From positions 1 through 64,000 of the forward strand of contig JAVECO010000124.1 of NCBI GenBank assembly GCA_051942205.1: a stretch of DNA of 64,000 nt, written 5' to 3'. How positions within the stretch are numbered: position 1 is the stretch's first letter; each line of letters starts with the position of its first letter. This stretch comes from Coniocarpon cinnabarinum. Taxonomy: Eukaryota. The notes beneath the pieces are model-generated. The model was given only the letters and a program-made list of their open reading frames with translations. It ran no database searches and was not told the origin of the DNA. Made by a program: the position numbers and the translations under genes. Shown here one piece after another: positions 1 to 10,657 of this stretch.

Positions 1-1
1 C

Positions 2-1651
2 ACAGACTCCTCCCCCACCACCTTCCTCGTCCTCAAATCCGGCGAAAAAGACAAAGGCTACCAGCCCGCTGCCAAGGCCGGCCTCAAAAAGGCTGCAGCC
101 CTCCACGAGTCTCAAAAAAAGAAAGCTGTCAAAGAAAAGGAGCTCGCTGCTAAGCAAGTAGAGCAGGAGAAAGCTCGCACCGCTGCTCTTGAGGAAGCGA
201 AGAAGATCACTGTCGAAGAGGACCCCACGCTTCCTAAGGCTGTGAAAATCCGTCTTGATGATCGCAGTGCTCATGTTAAGCTTCGAAAGGGTGATAGTAA
301 ACCGGCGGATGCGACCACCGCTGCTGCTGCTGATGTTGAGTACTCTGATAAAGATGGTGGGCGAGGCACGCGCGTTCGAGTGCTAGGTCGGGTTCATCGC
401 GAGCGCAAACAGAAAGATGTCATTTTCGTGACGCTCCGCGATGGCTATGGCTTCCTGCAATGTGTCATTACCGGCCTCCTGGCCAAGACGTACGACGCCC
501 TCACGCTGACGCGCGAGACCAGCATGGAGATCACTGGCGAAATGTGGGAAGTGCCGCCAGGTGCCCATGCACCAGGAAACCGCGAACTGCACGCTGATTT
601 CTTCCGGATCCACGCCGGCTGGAAAGCTGCAGGCGGCGACGACGCCATCACGAACAAAGTAGCAGAGAAAGGCGATGCGCAGCAATTGCTCGATCTGCGA
701 CATCTGACTCTCCGAGGCGACAAAACAAGCGCCGTGATGTTCGTGCGAGACGCCGTCGAGTTCGCCTTCCACCACGTATACAACGACATTCGCGTACGTA
801 AAGTCGCGCCGCCCGCGCTCGTCCAGACCCAAGTCGAAGGCGGCGCCACGCTCTTCAGGTTCGACTACTACGGCCAGCAAGCCTTTTTAACACAATCGTC
901 GCAACTCTATCTCGAGACCTGTCTCCCCAGCATGGGCGACGTATACTGCATTGAAAAGTCGTTTCGGGCGGAGAAATCCCTCACCCGCCGACATCTCAGC
1001 GAATACACCCACATCGAGGCCGAACTCGACTTTATCACGTTCGACGACCTGCTCGACCACCTCGAATACGTCATGTGCGCCGTCATCACCAAAGCCCTCG
1101 AAATGCCAGGAATCCTAGGCTACATGGAAGATCTGAACCCCGGCTTCCGCGTCCCCGAGCGGCCCTTCAAGCGCATGAAATACACAGACGCCATCGACTG
1201 GCTGCGAGCTCACGACATCAAGAACGAAGAAGGACAGGACCACAGCTTCGGCGACGACATTGCGGAAGCCGCGGAACGCAAAATGACGGACGAGATTGGT
1301 CGACCCATCTTTTTGACGCACTTCCCGGCGGAGATCAAAGCGTTCTACATGTCGCGGGATCCGACGGATCGGCGCGTCACGCAGAGTGTCGATTGTCTGA
1401 TGCCCGGGGTAGGGGAGATTGTGGGGGGCAGCATGAGGATTGATGACTACGACGAGTTGATGGCGGCGTACAAGCGGGAGGGCATCGACGCGGAGCCGTA
1501 TTATTGGTATACGGATCAGAGGAAATATGGGAGCAGTCCGCATGGGGGGTATGGTTTGGGGTTAGAGCGGTTTTTGGCGTGGATGTGCAAGTTGCATACG
1601 GTGAGGGAGGCGTGTTTGTATCCGAGGTATATGGGACGGTGTACGCCGTGA
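2..1651 (+). CDS. DED81: Cytoplasmic asparaginyl-tRNA synthetase (5'-truncated by window edge)
   Basis: Frame is open from position 2. OB-fold (FVTLRDGYGFLQCV), class II motifs (TQVEGGATLF, LTQSSQLYLE, FRAEKSLTRRHLSEYTHIEAE, GEIVGGSMR, PHGGYGLGLERF) and the C-terminal YPRYMGRCTP typical of eukaryotic AsnRS. Confidence 0.96.
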   Translation, partial: TDSSPTTFLVLKSGEKDKGYQPAAKAGLKKAAALHESQKKKAVKEKELAAKQVEQEKARTAALEEAKKITVEEDPTLPKAVKIRLDDRSAHVKLRKGDSKPADATTAAAADVEYSDKDGGRGTRVRVLGRVHRERKQKDVIFVTLRDGYGFLQCVITGLLAKTYDALTLTRETSMEITGEMWEVPPGAHAPGNRELHADFFRIHAGWKAAGGDDAITNKVAEKGDAQQLLDLRHLTLRGDKTSAVMFVRDAVEFAFHHVYNDIRVRKVAPPALVQTQVEGGATLFRFDYYGQQAFLTQSSQLYLETCLPSMGDVYCIEKSFRAEKSLTRRHLSEYTHIEAELDFITFDDLLDHLEYVMCAVITKALEMPGILGYMEDLNPGFRVPERPFKRMKYTDAIDWLRAHDIKNEEGQDHSFGDDIAEAAERKMTDEIGRPIFLTHFPAEIKAFYMSRDPTDRRVTQSVDCLMPGVGEIVGGSMRIDDYDELMAAYKREGIDAEPYYWYTDQRKYGSSPHGGYGLGLERFLAWMCKLHTVREACLYPRYMGRCTP

Positions 1652-1837
1652 GTGGTGGAAGAGAGCACTGAAATTATTCGCATGTTTACAGGGAATGTCG
1701 AAGCGCCGTGAGCCTGTTAACGAGTATCCTTTACTGTCAGCATAAAGGTTTGGCGATGATGACCGCTATCAAGTCGCATCGAAGTCTACTGCACTTCAAA
1801 GATACGCTTGTCAGAGGCTTGCTTATTTGAGCACTTA

Positions 1838-2395
1838 TCAATCATACCAACTCATTCCCCAATACCGCCTATCCACCTCCCTCCTCCACTTCCGAATAAC
1901 CTCCCACTGTTGATGCACGAGATTCCACTCATCCCTATTTGTGTGCTTCTTTCTCTTGCCGGTGACCAAGTTCAATGGCTCCGGAACCTTCGAAACGCGC
2001 CGCTGCAGTATCCTGATCATGTCGAGTTGATCGTCAATCAGACTCCACTCGGCAGCGCTTGTGTGACGTGGATGTGGCGGCTGGAACAGTGGAAGAGGCG
2101 ACGGTAGACGTCGCTTCGAGAAGGGACAGGGAGACGGGTCGTGGAGGAATGTGAGGGCTACGGCGCGGGTAAGGCTGGTGGTGGGAGACGTCGCGACGGG
2201 CGGTGGAGGTGGTGAGCGCATCGGCAGTGGCGGCGTTGGTTGTGTTTGCTGTGGCGAAGCGGGTGATGATGCGATCGGTAAAGAGGGTGTTGCCGTTTCT
2301 ATCCGCGTTGCGGCCATCGTCGTCTGGACTTGTGATATGGTGGTGGTACTCATCGCTTGGTACGCAATATGCTTGTCAGGTAATGGCAAGCTCAT
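1838..2395 (-). CDS. Hypothetical protein, Pro/Ser/Thr-rich N-half with a duplicated C-terminal motif
   Basis: 185-aa ATG ORF with two related segments (HTSAAEWSLIDDQLDMIRILQRRV / HTNRDEWNLVHQQWEVIRKWRREV). No family recognised. Confidence 0.5.
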   Translation of the reverse strand: MSLPLPDKHIAYQAMSTTTISQVQTTMAATRIETATPSLPIASSPASPQQTQPTPPLPMRSPPPPPVATSPTTSLTRAVALTFLHDPSPCPFSKRRLPSPLPLFQPPHPRHTSAAEWSLIDDQLDMIRILQRRVSKVPEPLNLVTGKRKKHTNRDEWNLVHQQWEVIRKWRREVDRRYWGMSWYD

Positions 2396-3162
2396 GCAAG
2401 GATCTACACGTCAGCGATGTTTTTAAATAACACGTCTCTTGCACCTTCAGTCGTTGTGAAGCTTCAGAACAGCGAGCGTCGCGGCTGGATGGTCAACAAA
2501 CAAAGGAAAGGGAGAAAAGGGAAGGGCTAGGTGAACGCAAGACGCCTGCTGGCAGACAGTGTAGCAATCTTGCCTACGGACAGTGCTAATGAACGGCTGG
2601 AGTGAGCTATTCACGGTTCGAACAAATGAGAAGTGCTGGTAAAGAGCGGATGCAGACGCTGCGTGCACAGAGGGCGTTTGCCGGGATTGGAGAACGTGAA
2701 GAAAGCCAAGAGTGGGGCTGTATCTATAATAAATGAATAGTAGACAGGGCCTGTGCATTGGATCTGGCCAGACCGTGAAACATTGGCCAGGATGACGAAA
2801 CTGTAAGCAGAAGGTAGGAGGCCAGGTGGTAGGATTGCTAGATGAGAGCGCAATGGCAATCCAGCACGGACTGGTGTTTCCAATGTGCGCCGCAAGGGTC
2901 GCGCCACCCTGCCATTATGTCTTTTTTGAGCATAAGGAATGACTATGGGCTTGCTAGCCCCTGCAACCGAGTACAGTCTTGAGGTCGAGTCGGTGGTGGT
3001 GCATGTAAAGGAGGAAATATGCTGGAGGACAAGTCGACTTTGCCGGAGACGAGCGTTACCCTGCCGTAGCGAGCAATCCGATCTTGGATCTTGGTTGACG
3101 AATCAAATCACAGCCGAAAGCGATGACCTCGGCTCAACTTGATTTGGACGAGACCAGTAGAA

Positions 3163-3489
3163 AGGTCGGCAGACCTGCCCCCAAAGGTCGGCAGTACTTT
3201 GTTGGTATGCGCAATACTAACAGTGTACAGGATTAGGGTTAGAAGGATTAAGGTTAGGCTTGTAAATATATAAAAAATATATATAGATGTATTAAAAACG
3301 TATTTATAACGCATTTTTGCGAAGCAGAATGCGTTTTAAATACATTTATATAGAGTCTAATACATTTACAATGCGTTTGAAATGCGTTGAAAATGCGTTT
3401 GGCTAGATAAGATATATGCTGGAAATATCTCGGCAGTACTTTTTCGACCCTCCGAGTACCCCCGACCTCGCTGGAAGGTCTGCCGACCT
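3163..3489. mobile_element. MITE-like non-autonomous element or RIP-degraded repeat
   Basis: Perfect 14-bp inverted repeats AGGTCGGCAGACCT (3163-3176) and AGGTCTGCCGACCT (3476-3489). Very AT-rich core with AATGCGTT/AACGCATT repeats and degenerate TTAGGG units. No TSD seen. Confidence 0.55.
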
Positions 3490-3618
3490 GTGTGCGCGAC
3501 GAGACGACTTTGAAACATTAGATACTCACGCAATTCATTCCAAGTTGAGGCGGAGTGTGCGCAATTGAAAGAAACATCGGCCTTGAAACTGCGTTGCCGC
3601 AGAGTGTGTGAACATACC

Positions 3619-4041
3619 ATGTCGAAGCAACTTTCGACCAAAGACGTTGGCGATCACAAGACTCAGGAAGACGGTCTGTGGATAATCATCGACGGTGGCG
3701 TGTATGAAATGGGTGGTGAGTTGTGTCGCTCGAGATATCTGCACAAGCCCAAACATAGAGACTCGCCTTTAAACGTAGTACCACCACTGACACATGTACC
3801 AGGCTTCGTCGATGAGCACCCTGGTGGCGCAAAAATACTGAAGCGAGTTGGCGGCAAGGATGCGAGTAAGCAATTTTGGAAGGTAAGCATAACATCAGAG
3901 CCTGCGCAAGGCGCACATGGTCGCCACAGTTCTCTCATGGATCGATGCTAACCACAATTCCAGTACCACAACGAGGGCATCTTGAAGAAGTACCAGGAAC
4001 GCTTAAAGATCGGCGAGTTGCAGACACAGGCCAAACTGTGA
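3619..4041 (+). CDS. Small cytochrome b5-like heme-binding protein, 3 exons, C-terminal AKL (PTS1)
   Basis: LWIIIDGGVYE, FVDEHPGG, GKDASKQFWKYH. Predicted introns about 3716-3802 and 3883-3963. Ends LQTQAKL*. Confidence 0.9.
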
Positions 4042-4145
4042 TAGCATGCCAGTATGATACCCTGCAGCAACGTGGAGACCGCATTCTAGATTGTACATAT
4101 GAATATTTTGGGCCGTCAAATGCTTTGGGAATCTATCATCTATTC

Positions 4146-5387
4146 TTACAACTCTGTGTGCTCCTTGGGCTCGGGCCTCCCAGAGTCCTTATGCAAATCG
4201 ACACCCTTCTTCTTCCGCCATTTGTCCCAGACCGTCCAGAACTCTTTCTCCATGCCACTTTCCATTTGATCTGGGAGGATGACGACGTACTCCACGTGCA
4301 GAGCACCAAACTTGTCCTGGAAGCCGTCTTCTGGATCAAAGATGGGCATGCCCTCCTCTTGCACGATCTCCACCATGCCAGGCTGGACGACCTCTCCTCG
4401 TTTTCGGCTCAAGTGGACTGCGTGCCCATCCAGATGTGTGATATTTCGCGACCATTCGCCCATCCACGCTTCCCGCAAACTGAGCACCTCCCGCCAGAAC
4501 AAGTCATCGCCTTTTCTTCGGAAGAATGTTCCATCCTCTTTGAAGCCAGCCGCCATCACATTGCCTGGCTCCTGCTCCAGTAAACGCACATATAGATCTC
4601 CAGGGACGTGATCGGGGCTCTCGTTCGCTTCGTTTTCGAACATGACTGTCTGCCCTCTTGGCATACCTCGCATGATATCGACCTTGTATGACTCCTCTTG
4701 ATTGACCACGCGGTGTCCGCCGCAGGTCTTACACGCGTGCTTCACCATTGTTCCTTGTCCACCGCAAGCCTGGCACGGCTGCTGAATCTGCTGAAACATC
4801 CCCGGTGCCAGCTGCGCCCTCTGTATCACCATGCCGCGTCCGCTGCAGGTGCTGCACGTTTCTCTCTTGCCATCCGCAGATCCAGAACCCTCGCACGCCT
4901 CACAAATGACCTGCTTCTCAATTGTGAACTCCGTTTCGCCGCCAATGTAGAAATCGCGCAATGGAATCGCAAGCTTCACTTCCATGCTTGGACCCTTGCG
5001 CTCGCCACCACCACCAAAGTGCCCTCCGCCGCCAAAGAATCGCGCAAAAAGATCAAATGGGTCATGTCCTCCGCCTGGGCCACCTCTTTGCCCTTTTCGA
5101 TGCCGCTCGACCCCATCATGGCCGTACTGATCGTAAATCTTGCGCGTGTCTGAGTCGGCTAGCACCTCATACGCATCTGAGACCTCAACGAACTTTTGTT
5201 TCGCCGACTCGTCATCTGGGTTCTTGTCTGGGTGGTACTTTTTCGAGAGGGTACGGTAGGCTTTTTTGAGCTCTTTGTCGGAGGCGGACTTGTCGACGCC
5301 GAGAAGTTTGTAGTAGTCTTCCGCGGCGAGGACGAGGAATGGGAGGATGACGAGGAGGAGGGTGAGCGTGGCGGATGGGAGGAGCAT
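4146..5387 (-). CDS. SCJ1: ER-luminal type I Hsp40/DnaJ co-chaperone
   Basis: Signal peptide, J-domain with HPD, G/F region, four CxxCxGxG zinc repeats, C-terminal HTEL retention signal. Confidence 0.93.
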   Translation of the reverse strand: MLLPSATLTLLLVILPFLVLAAEDYYKLLGVDKSASDKELKKAYRTLSKKYHPDKNPDDESAKQKFVEVSDAYEVLADSDTRKIYDQYGHDGVERHRKGQRGGPGGGHDPFDLFARFFGGGGHFGGGGERKGPSMEVKLAIPLRDFYIGGETEFTIEKQVICEACEGSGSADGKRETCSTCSGRGMVIQRAQLAPGMFQQIQQPCQACGGQGTMVKHACKTCGGHRVVNQEESYKVDIMRGMPRGQTVMFENEANESPDHVPGDLYVRLLEQEPGNVMAAGFKEDGTFFRRKGDDLFWREVLSLREAWMGEWSRNITHLDGHAVHLSRKRGEVVQPGMVEIVQEEGMPIFDPEDGFQDKFGALHVEYVVILPDQMESGMEKEFWTVWDKWRKKKGVDLHKDSGRPEPKEHTEL

Positions 5388-5742
5388 GATTGCTGGGCTC
5401 CGTGAATATTCAGACCCTCATCTGACAGATTGCCAAGAGCTCGGTCCTGGATAGATCACAATCCAGGTCGCTGCCATGTCGCTGCCATGTGGTTGTGTCT
5501 AGCGTTTGGAACTTCCTTTGTTGTGAGGACAGATACGCGATAAGCACAGACCTTGTGCATCACGTGATCGAGACAGGCTTCAACCTGCGTTCCTCTGCTT
5601 AGACGATCGCAGAAAATGGAATGGAAGGCTGTTACGCAGGAACATATGTGACTAACAACTGGTTCATCTATTTCTCGATCTTTCGTCCTCGCATGCGCCG
5701 GTTCTACAAGCTTTATCCACGAAAAGGGAGGCATGAGCCTCC

Positions 5743-8398
5743 TCACTCCAGCTCTGCGCCAACGTCTATCTCCAAAGGATAGCACACTTTGAAAAGCGCG
5801 TTGAATAAACGTTTCCTCTGTTGAGGTGTCAAATTGAGCTCTAACTCTGCGAAGCTATTCGCAACGCCCTCACGTATGAGGAGCTCCTTATTTTGGGACC
5901 TGGTGAGTAGCAGCCGATGGTCGGGGTGCTCCTGAAGGAATCGCGGCAGGACATGGTGTTCTGCATATGGTGCAGCAGCTCGAGCTGTGTCGTGGAGTAT
6001 GGGAATACCTGGTGGCGTCAGCTGACTGTTTCGAATGACGTCTGCAGCTGGAGTCACTGCATACCGCAGCCCTCAATATCGCCTAACGGCCCGTTAGCGA
6101 ACTCTTTGGAATACAGCCATCCTGCAATGCAACGAAGTCATACCGCAAACAAAAGCAGACCCGACCATTTCCATCATCTGTTGCACTTGAGCCCCGGGAT
6201 TTGAGGATGACGTGTTTTCAGGCATTTGTTTGGATTTCCGTTTGAACATGTCTTCCATTTGCGATGCTCTTAGCATTAGCCGACCCAATGCATCCATCTC
6301 AAATACATGACGAACGTCAGCAAGGGTATCCTCGATCCCTGTGATGTCCAAACCTGTCCCAAGAAAGTCGACAAAGACCTTGGGATCGCTCCGTGAAAGC
6401 TCTTTGAGGTTTTTTGAGCATAAGCCAGATGCGTCGAAAAACAATGTTCGTGGCAATGAAGTCTTGTCGAGTCTGACGGATGTAAGTCTTGTGTTCTTTA
6501 GACTTACGAGACATTAGGACGTCAATCTTGATCCAAAGGCGAACGATTTGTTTGGCTTGCAACCAGTCATAGCGCCACTGCGAGTCGTTTCCGCCTGAGT
6601 AATGCAGTTCTGATTAGCCTTGTGCAGGTATACGGACACAACTCGTCTTACCAAGGCGTTCATAGCGACACTTCGTCTGATCATCAAGGGCTGGAAGCCC
6701 CCCAAAATGATAATCAGCTAAGGGGAGATGTTTGAGTGACACACTGCTACCAAGCCGATGCGCAATGATCTTGAGTGTCTCCAGATATTCGAGAGACATG
6801 GCATGACCGGTAAGCCTGTGCTCTTCCAGAATCATCTCTTTGGGCAGGAATTTGTTTACTTCGTTGAGAACAAGCTTGAATCCCCTACTGTCCAATCCGA
6901 GATAGAAGTCTAGAGCACTCTGTAGTGCGCGTGGCTGTCAAGAGTTCGTTAGCTCGATGACTCACGCAGGATTCGGAACGTTAAACTGATCAAAAAAAGG
7001 CCCTGAATTTACTCTAGCTCAGCAGGATTTGATGCAATGTAAAAAAGCCTATCGATGGCAAAGCTGCGTTTCTCCGCTATTGAAAATTGACCTTTGGTAA
7101 GATGGTCTGAAAAAACTTACCTCACGATATATGATCGTTCGCGTCAAGTAGGCGTTCTCGAGAAAAATCGAGTTAACATAGCCGACATTGCGATCAGAGA
7201 TCTTGAAAAACGGCAAGTAGAACTCATGTTTTTCTTCTCGTATTCTTGTTGGTAAGGGCACGCGTTTTCCATCAATGATCCGAGAATAGTTATTGTTAGC
7301 TTGGTGTACAGGCAGACTATCGAAAACTGATTTGTAAGCCTTCTCTGGATCAAAATGCGGGATAGTTGTAAGCCGTCTCATAGTCTGCAGCCGTTCGGTA
7401 TCCTCCTCGTATCCCGTGCCCAAGAGGATGCTTCGAGAGAGGATGAGCAGCTTCGGTGACACAGGGCTGAATAGGTGATAATCCGTCCAAGCATGCGCGC
7501 TGTCAGGCCCTTCAAAAATGCTGAATGCATTCTCTGTCAGTACAAACTCCAACCCGGGTGACTGGGGCTGAACGAAGACTAAATGATGCATCTGCAAGTT
7601 CTTGAGGTACCATTTCATATCGAGTTCATACGCATGGAAGTCTTGCGCCAACTTGGTTGCGTCAGTCTCCCATTCGGGATACTGCTGGATGTCCGCATCT
7701 AAGATCGCCCTGATGTTCCGAAACCACACATCGATGGGCGTATCAATAGCTTCCTTCTCCATGAAATCCAACATAAATGCACGATCGTCGTAATCGTACT
7801 CATCCTTTGACTTTGTAAATCTCAAATGGAATCCTTTATTGCGATAATGCATGATGAATAAGAACTTTCGCAACACGTCTTCATCCTGTAATTGTTACTC
7901 AGTCATATGCTAGGTGGTCTGGTTGTCGAACACGAACAGTTGGGCAATGTGGCACTCACTGGTCTTTTGAGGGTTGTTGATGGCCGTGCAGCTTCAAAGT
8001 CGTTCCGGATCCCGGCAATGATTGCACCCGCTCTGCTCTCAAGCTTAGACAGCCGTTGCTCAATATCATCTCTACGTGCTGGGCTCAGCGATGTGTAATT
8101 TAAGTCTCCGAACCGATCGGGCAAGAACGTACTTCACATTCGCTCCACCAGAGATATCATTATACATGTTATCCATGCCGAAGACATTTGACAGACGCAC
8201 TTCAATAAGCTCTTTGGTCTCGAGATCAAGCCCACGTACAAGGCCATCTTTGAGGTCTTTGTCCGGTATAGACTGCGCGACCTGAGCAGGTCTACCTTTC
8301 TGTTTCTTCTTCCTCCGTGTGTTATTAGGTAGCTTGTTGATCCTGTAGTTGCGCAGTAGGAAGCGAGGAATGTAGTGATGATATTCGACTTTCGGCAT
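5743..8398 (-). CDS. DUF4238-domain protein, multi-exon, apparent frameshift at 6410-6415 (possible pseudogene or sequencing error)
   Basis: N-terminal YHHYIPRFLLRNY, IEQRLSKLESRA, LRKFLFIMHYR, FVLTENAFSIFEG, PVSPKLLIL. Canonical introns join the ORF pieces at 8398, 8070, 7888, 6935, 6594, an 18-nt microexon (6065-6082) and the last exon ending at 5743. Confidence 0.75.
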
Positions 8399-9284
8399 AT
8401 TTGCAATGAGGCTATTGCGAAGCAGAAGAGCAAGGTGCAGGCATCTGACATGTTTGTAAGTTTTTCAGTTGCCTGCAGTATCGATAATGCAAGCTGCACT
8501 GAGTCACGTAGTCAACATGAGAATTGATCGCGCAGATGGCGATGAGCAGCGTTGCTGGAACAGCGCGTCCTGCTATCAACCAAAATAATCTGACCTTGTT
8601 CGATAGAATCGTAGGATATAGCTAACAAAAGCGTCAAGATCACGTTTCAAAATCGGTTGACTCCCCTTCACGAAGTTACTTTGTGCCACGTCACCGAGCA
8701 GCTTCACCGAGCAGTAGCTGCTGCAGCTCCGCACTTCTACTGCAGGCACCTGCAGCCAGCCGACTTTCGGAAAATTGCAAATATCCTCTGACCGTGCTGA
8801 CTGAAAACTGATTACTTCTTCAGCAGCGCTCGTCGCAAGAAGTCGAATGAACCGAGCAAGATCCAGCCTTTCCAGCAGTGTGGTTGGAGGTTCGGTTGTT
8901 AGTGATGTATTCATGGCAAAACCTTTGCCATATTGGTTCGGTTCTCGCTCTAGTCGGATGTGGCTACTGAGTCGTAATCTCTCAACTGATGAGCAGCATT
9001 GAAGGCTTGTCATTCTTCATTTTTGGGTTTTCCGGATGCCGAAGTACCCAGCTATCTTGATGATACAAAGATCTATTGTCTAACACGTGAATGAAGATCA
9101 TATAAGCGTCTGCGAGAGCTCAGCGGATGCGCATGATGGGGTAAACAAAGTAGTGTCATCAAACGGGCTCAGCTTGCTCAATGTCATCAATTCGTTATCT
9201 GCAGAGCACATTTGTGCCAGTCCAAAATTGACGCTGAAGTCTTAATGGATCTGTCATGTCATCTTTGCGCAGTGACAACGATGG

Positions 9285-10518
9285 TCACAAAGTAGAAGGA
9301 GACCCCTCAATCCAACGTACTCTGAGTTCTTTAGGAAGAACATTGACTCCCCCACCGATCTCGCGGATGTTCAACTGCTCCGCCTCCCCCTGATACTCCA
9401 CTTCCAGCAAGCCTCCCACGCTTTGCCATGCGGCGTCGGTGATCTTTTTCAGAAGCGCCGCAAATGTGGAAAGTATGGGGCCATTGGTAGACTCCCAATG
9501 CGACACTTCCTCCTCTGCCTTTATCACGTTGATATCGTTAAACTTGCCCCAGTCGTGAAAAGCCAAGACGAGATTTGGCACCTGTGTAAGCCACAGGCGC
9601 GGCAGTTGATCGGATAAAAAGTCTTGCCCTTTCTTCCTGATACTCCGAGTCTTCAGGTCGAATATGGCGGCCTGTGGGACGATGACGCCTCCGCGTTTAA
9701 TTGCCAATCCTCCACCCACGCCGCTATTGGAGCCAGGTACGTCATTCTCGGGAGCCCTAGAGACGGATTTTTCACCATCTTCAAGTTCCATGGTATCCTG
9801 TGATTCTTCTTTCGATTCTTCTTCGACATCTTGAGAACCGTCTGGGAGGTATCCGTCGGCCTCGAAACGGACCACACACTTTAAGCCCGCGAAAGTATAT
9901 TTTACGACTCGTTGATAAGACAGGGAGCCCTTGACATCTGGATGCCATTTCGTATATGCTTCAGGCATGGTATGTCCGTAGCCAAACACATTTGGGATGG
10001 TTGCGTGTGGTGGGTCCTCTTGACGAATCAAGAGTGCCGTGTTCGCAAACATCTCGACATTGAATTTGAATGGTTTCGCTTCTTGGCGAACAAACTTAAG
10101 TAAATTCCCCAATGTATTCCCACAGCCAAACACATCGACGCCATTAAAATTGGCGACGCCGACTTCTACCACTGACCGCACTGCTGGCTCCATGGGATGA
10201 CGAATATACTTAGCAGCATTTATGTCCCTGTAGTAGGGACCGGAGTCTTGGTCAAGCCTGGGTGTGATTTCAGGGGGAGCCCACATGGGCGGCGAACCTT
10301 ATCACTTAATCACGAGTGTGCAAGGAGGCAAGTGTAGAGTTTTCCTTACCTGGTACAACTATCCTCGGCTCATTCGAGCCTGTCCAACAGTAAGAGCCGA
10401 CATATTCGCAGTCTTTGATATGTGGTGATGGGTTGGTCTCACTCTCTCGTTCTGCATTGAGGTCGGTAATTTTGATGACGGTGACAGTGTTCCCTGGATA
10501 TGTGTTGGAGTCGTCCAT
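9285..10518 (-). CDS. Uncharacterised fungal protein with DXO/Rai1-like PD-(D/E)XK nuclease motifs
   Basis: ATG at 10518, intron about 10349-10298 joining VVPG|SPPMW. Motifs GYGHTMPE, RFEADGY, FDLKTR, LWLTQ. Confidence 0.75.
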
Positions 10519-10595
10519 TGCGATGTTCGCACTTGACAAGAAAGTCAAGGACAGGAAATTGCAAGAAGAAAGGTAAAGGCAACAGGAAAGTAACA

Positions 10596-10657
10596 GTGGA
10601 AGTGGGTGTGGAAGTGGGTGTGGAAGTGGAAGTGGAAGTGGAATTAGAAGTAGAAGT
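10596..10657. repeat. Imperfect hexanucleotide microsatellite (GTGGAA/GTGGGT/GTAGAA)n
   Basis: About 10 tandem units visible. Lies just after a minus-strand GTAAGT donor, so possibly in a 5'-UTR intron of the 9285-10518 gene. Confidence 0.85.

Noticed and set aside
3876..5405. Long plus-strand ORFs antisense to SCJ1 (likewise those antisense to AsnRS, ABCA, RPA135 and CorA)
   Set aside because: Shadow ORFs caused by GC-rich codon bias.
8576..9013. 145-aa minus-strand ORF
   Set aside because: No recognisable motif. It may be a relic but I cannot support a call.
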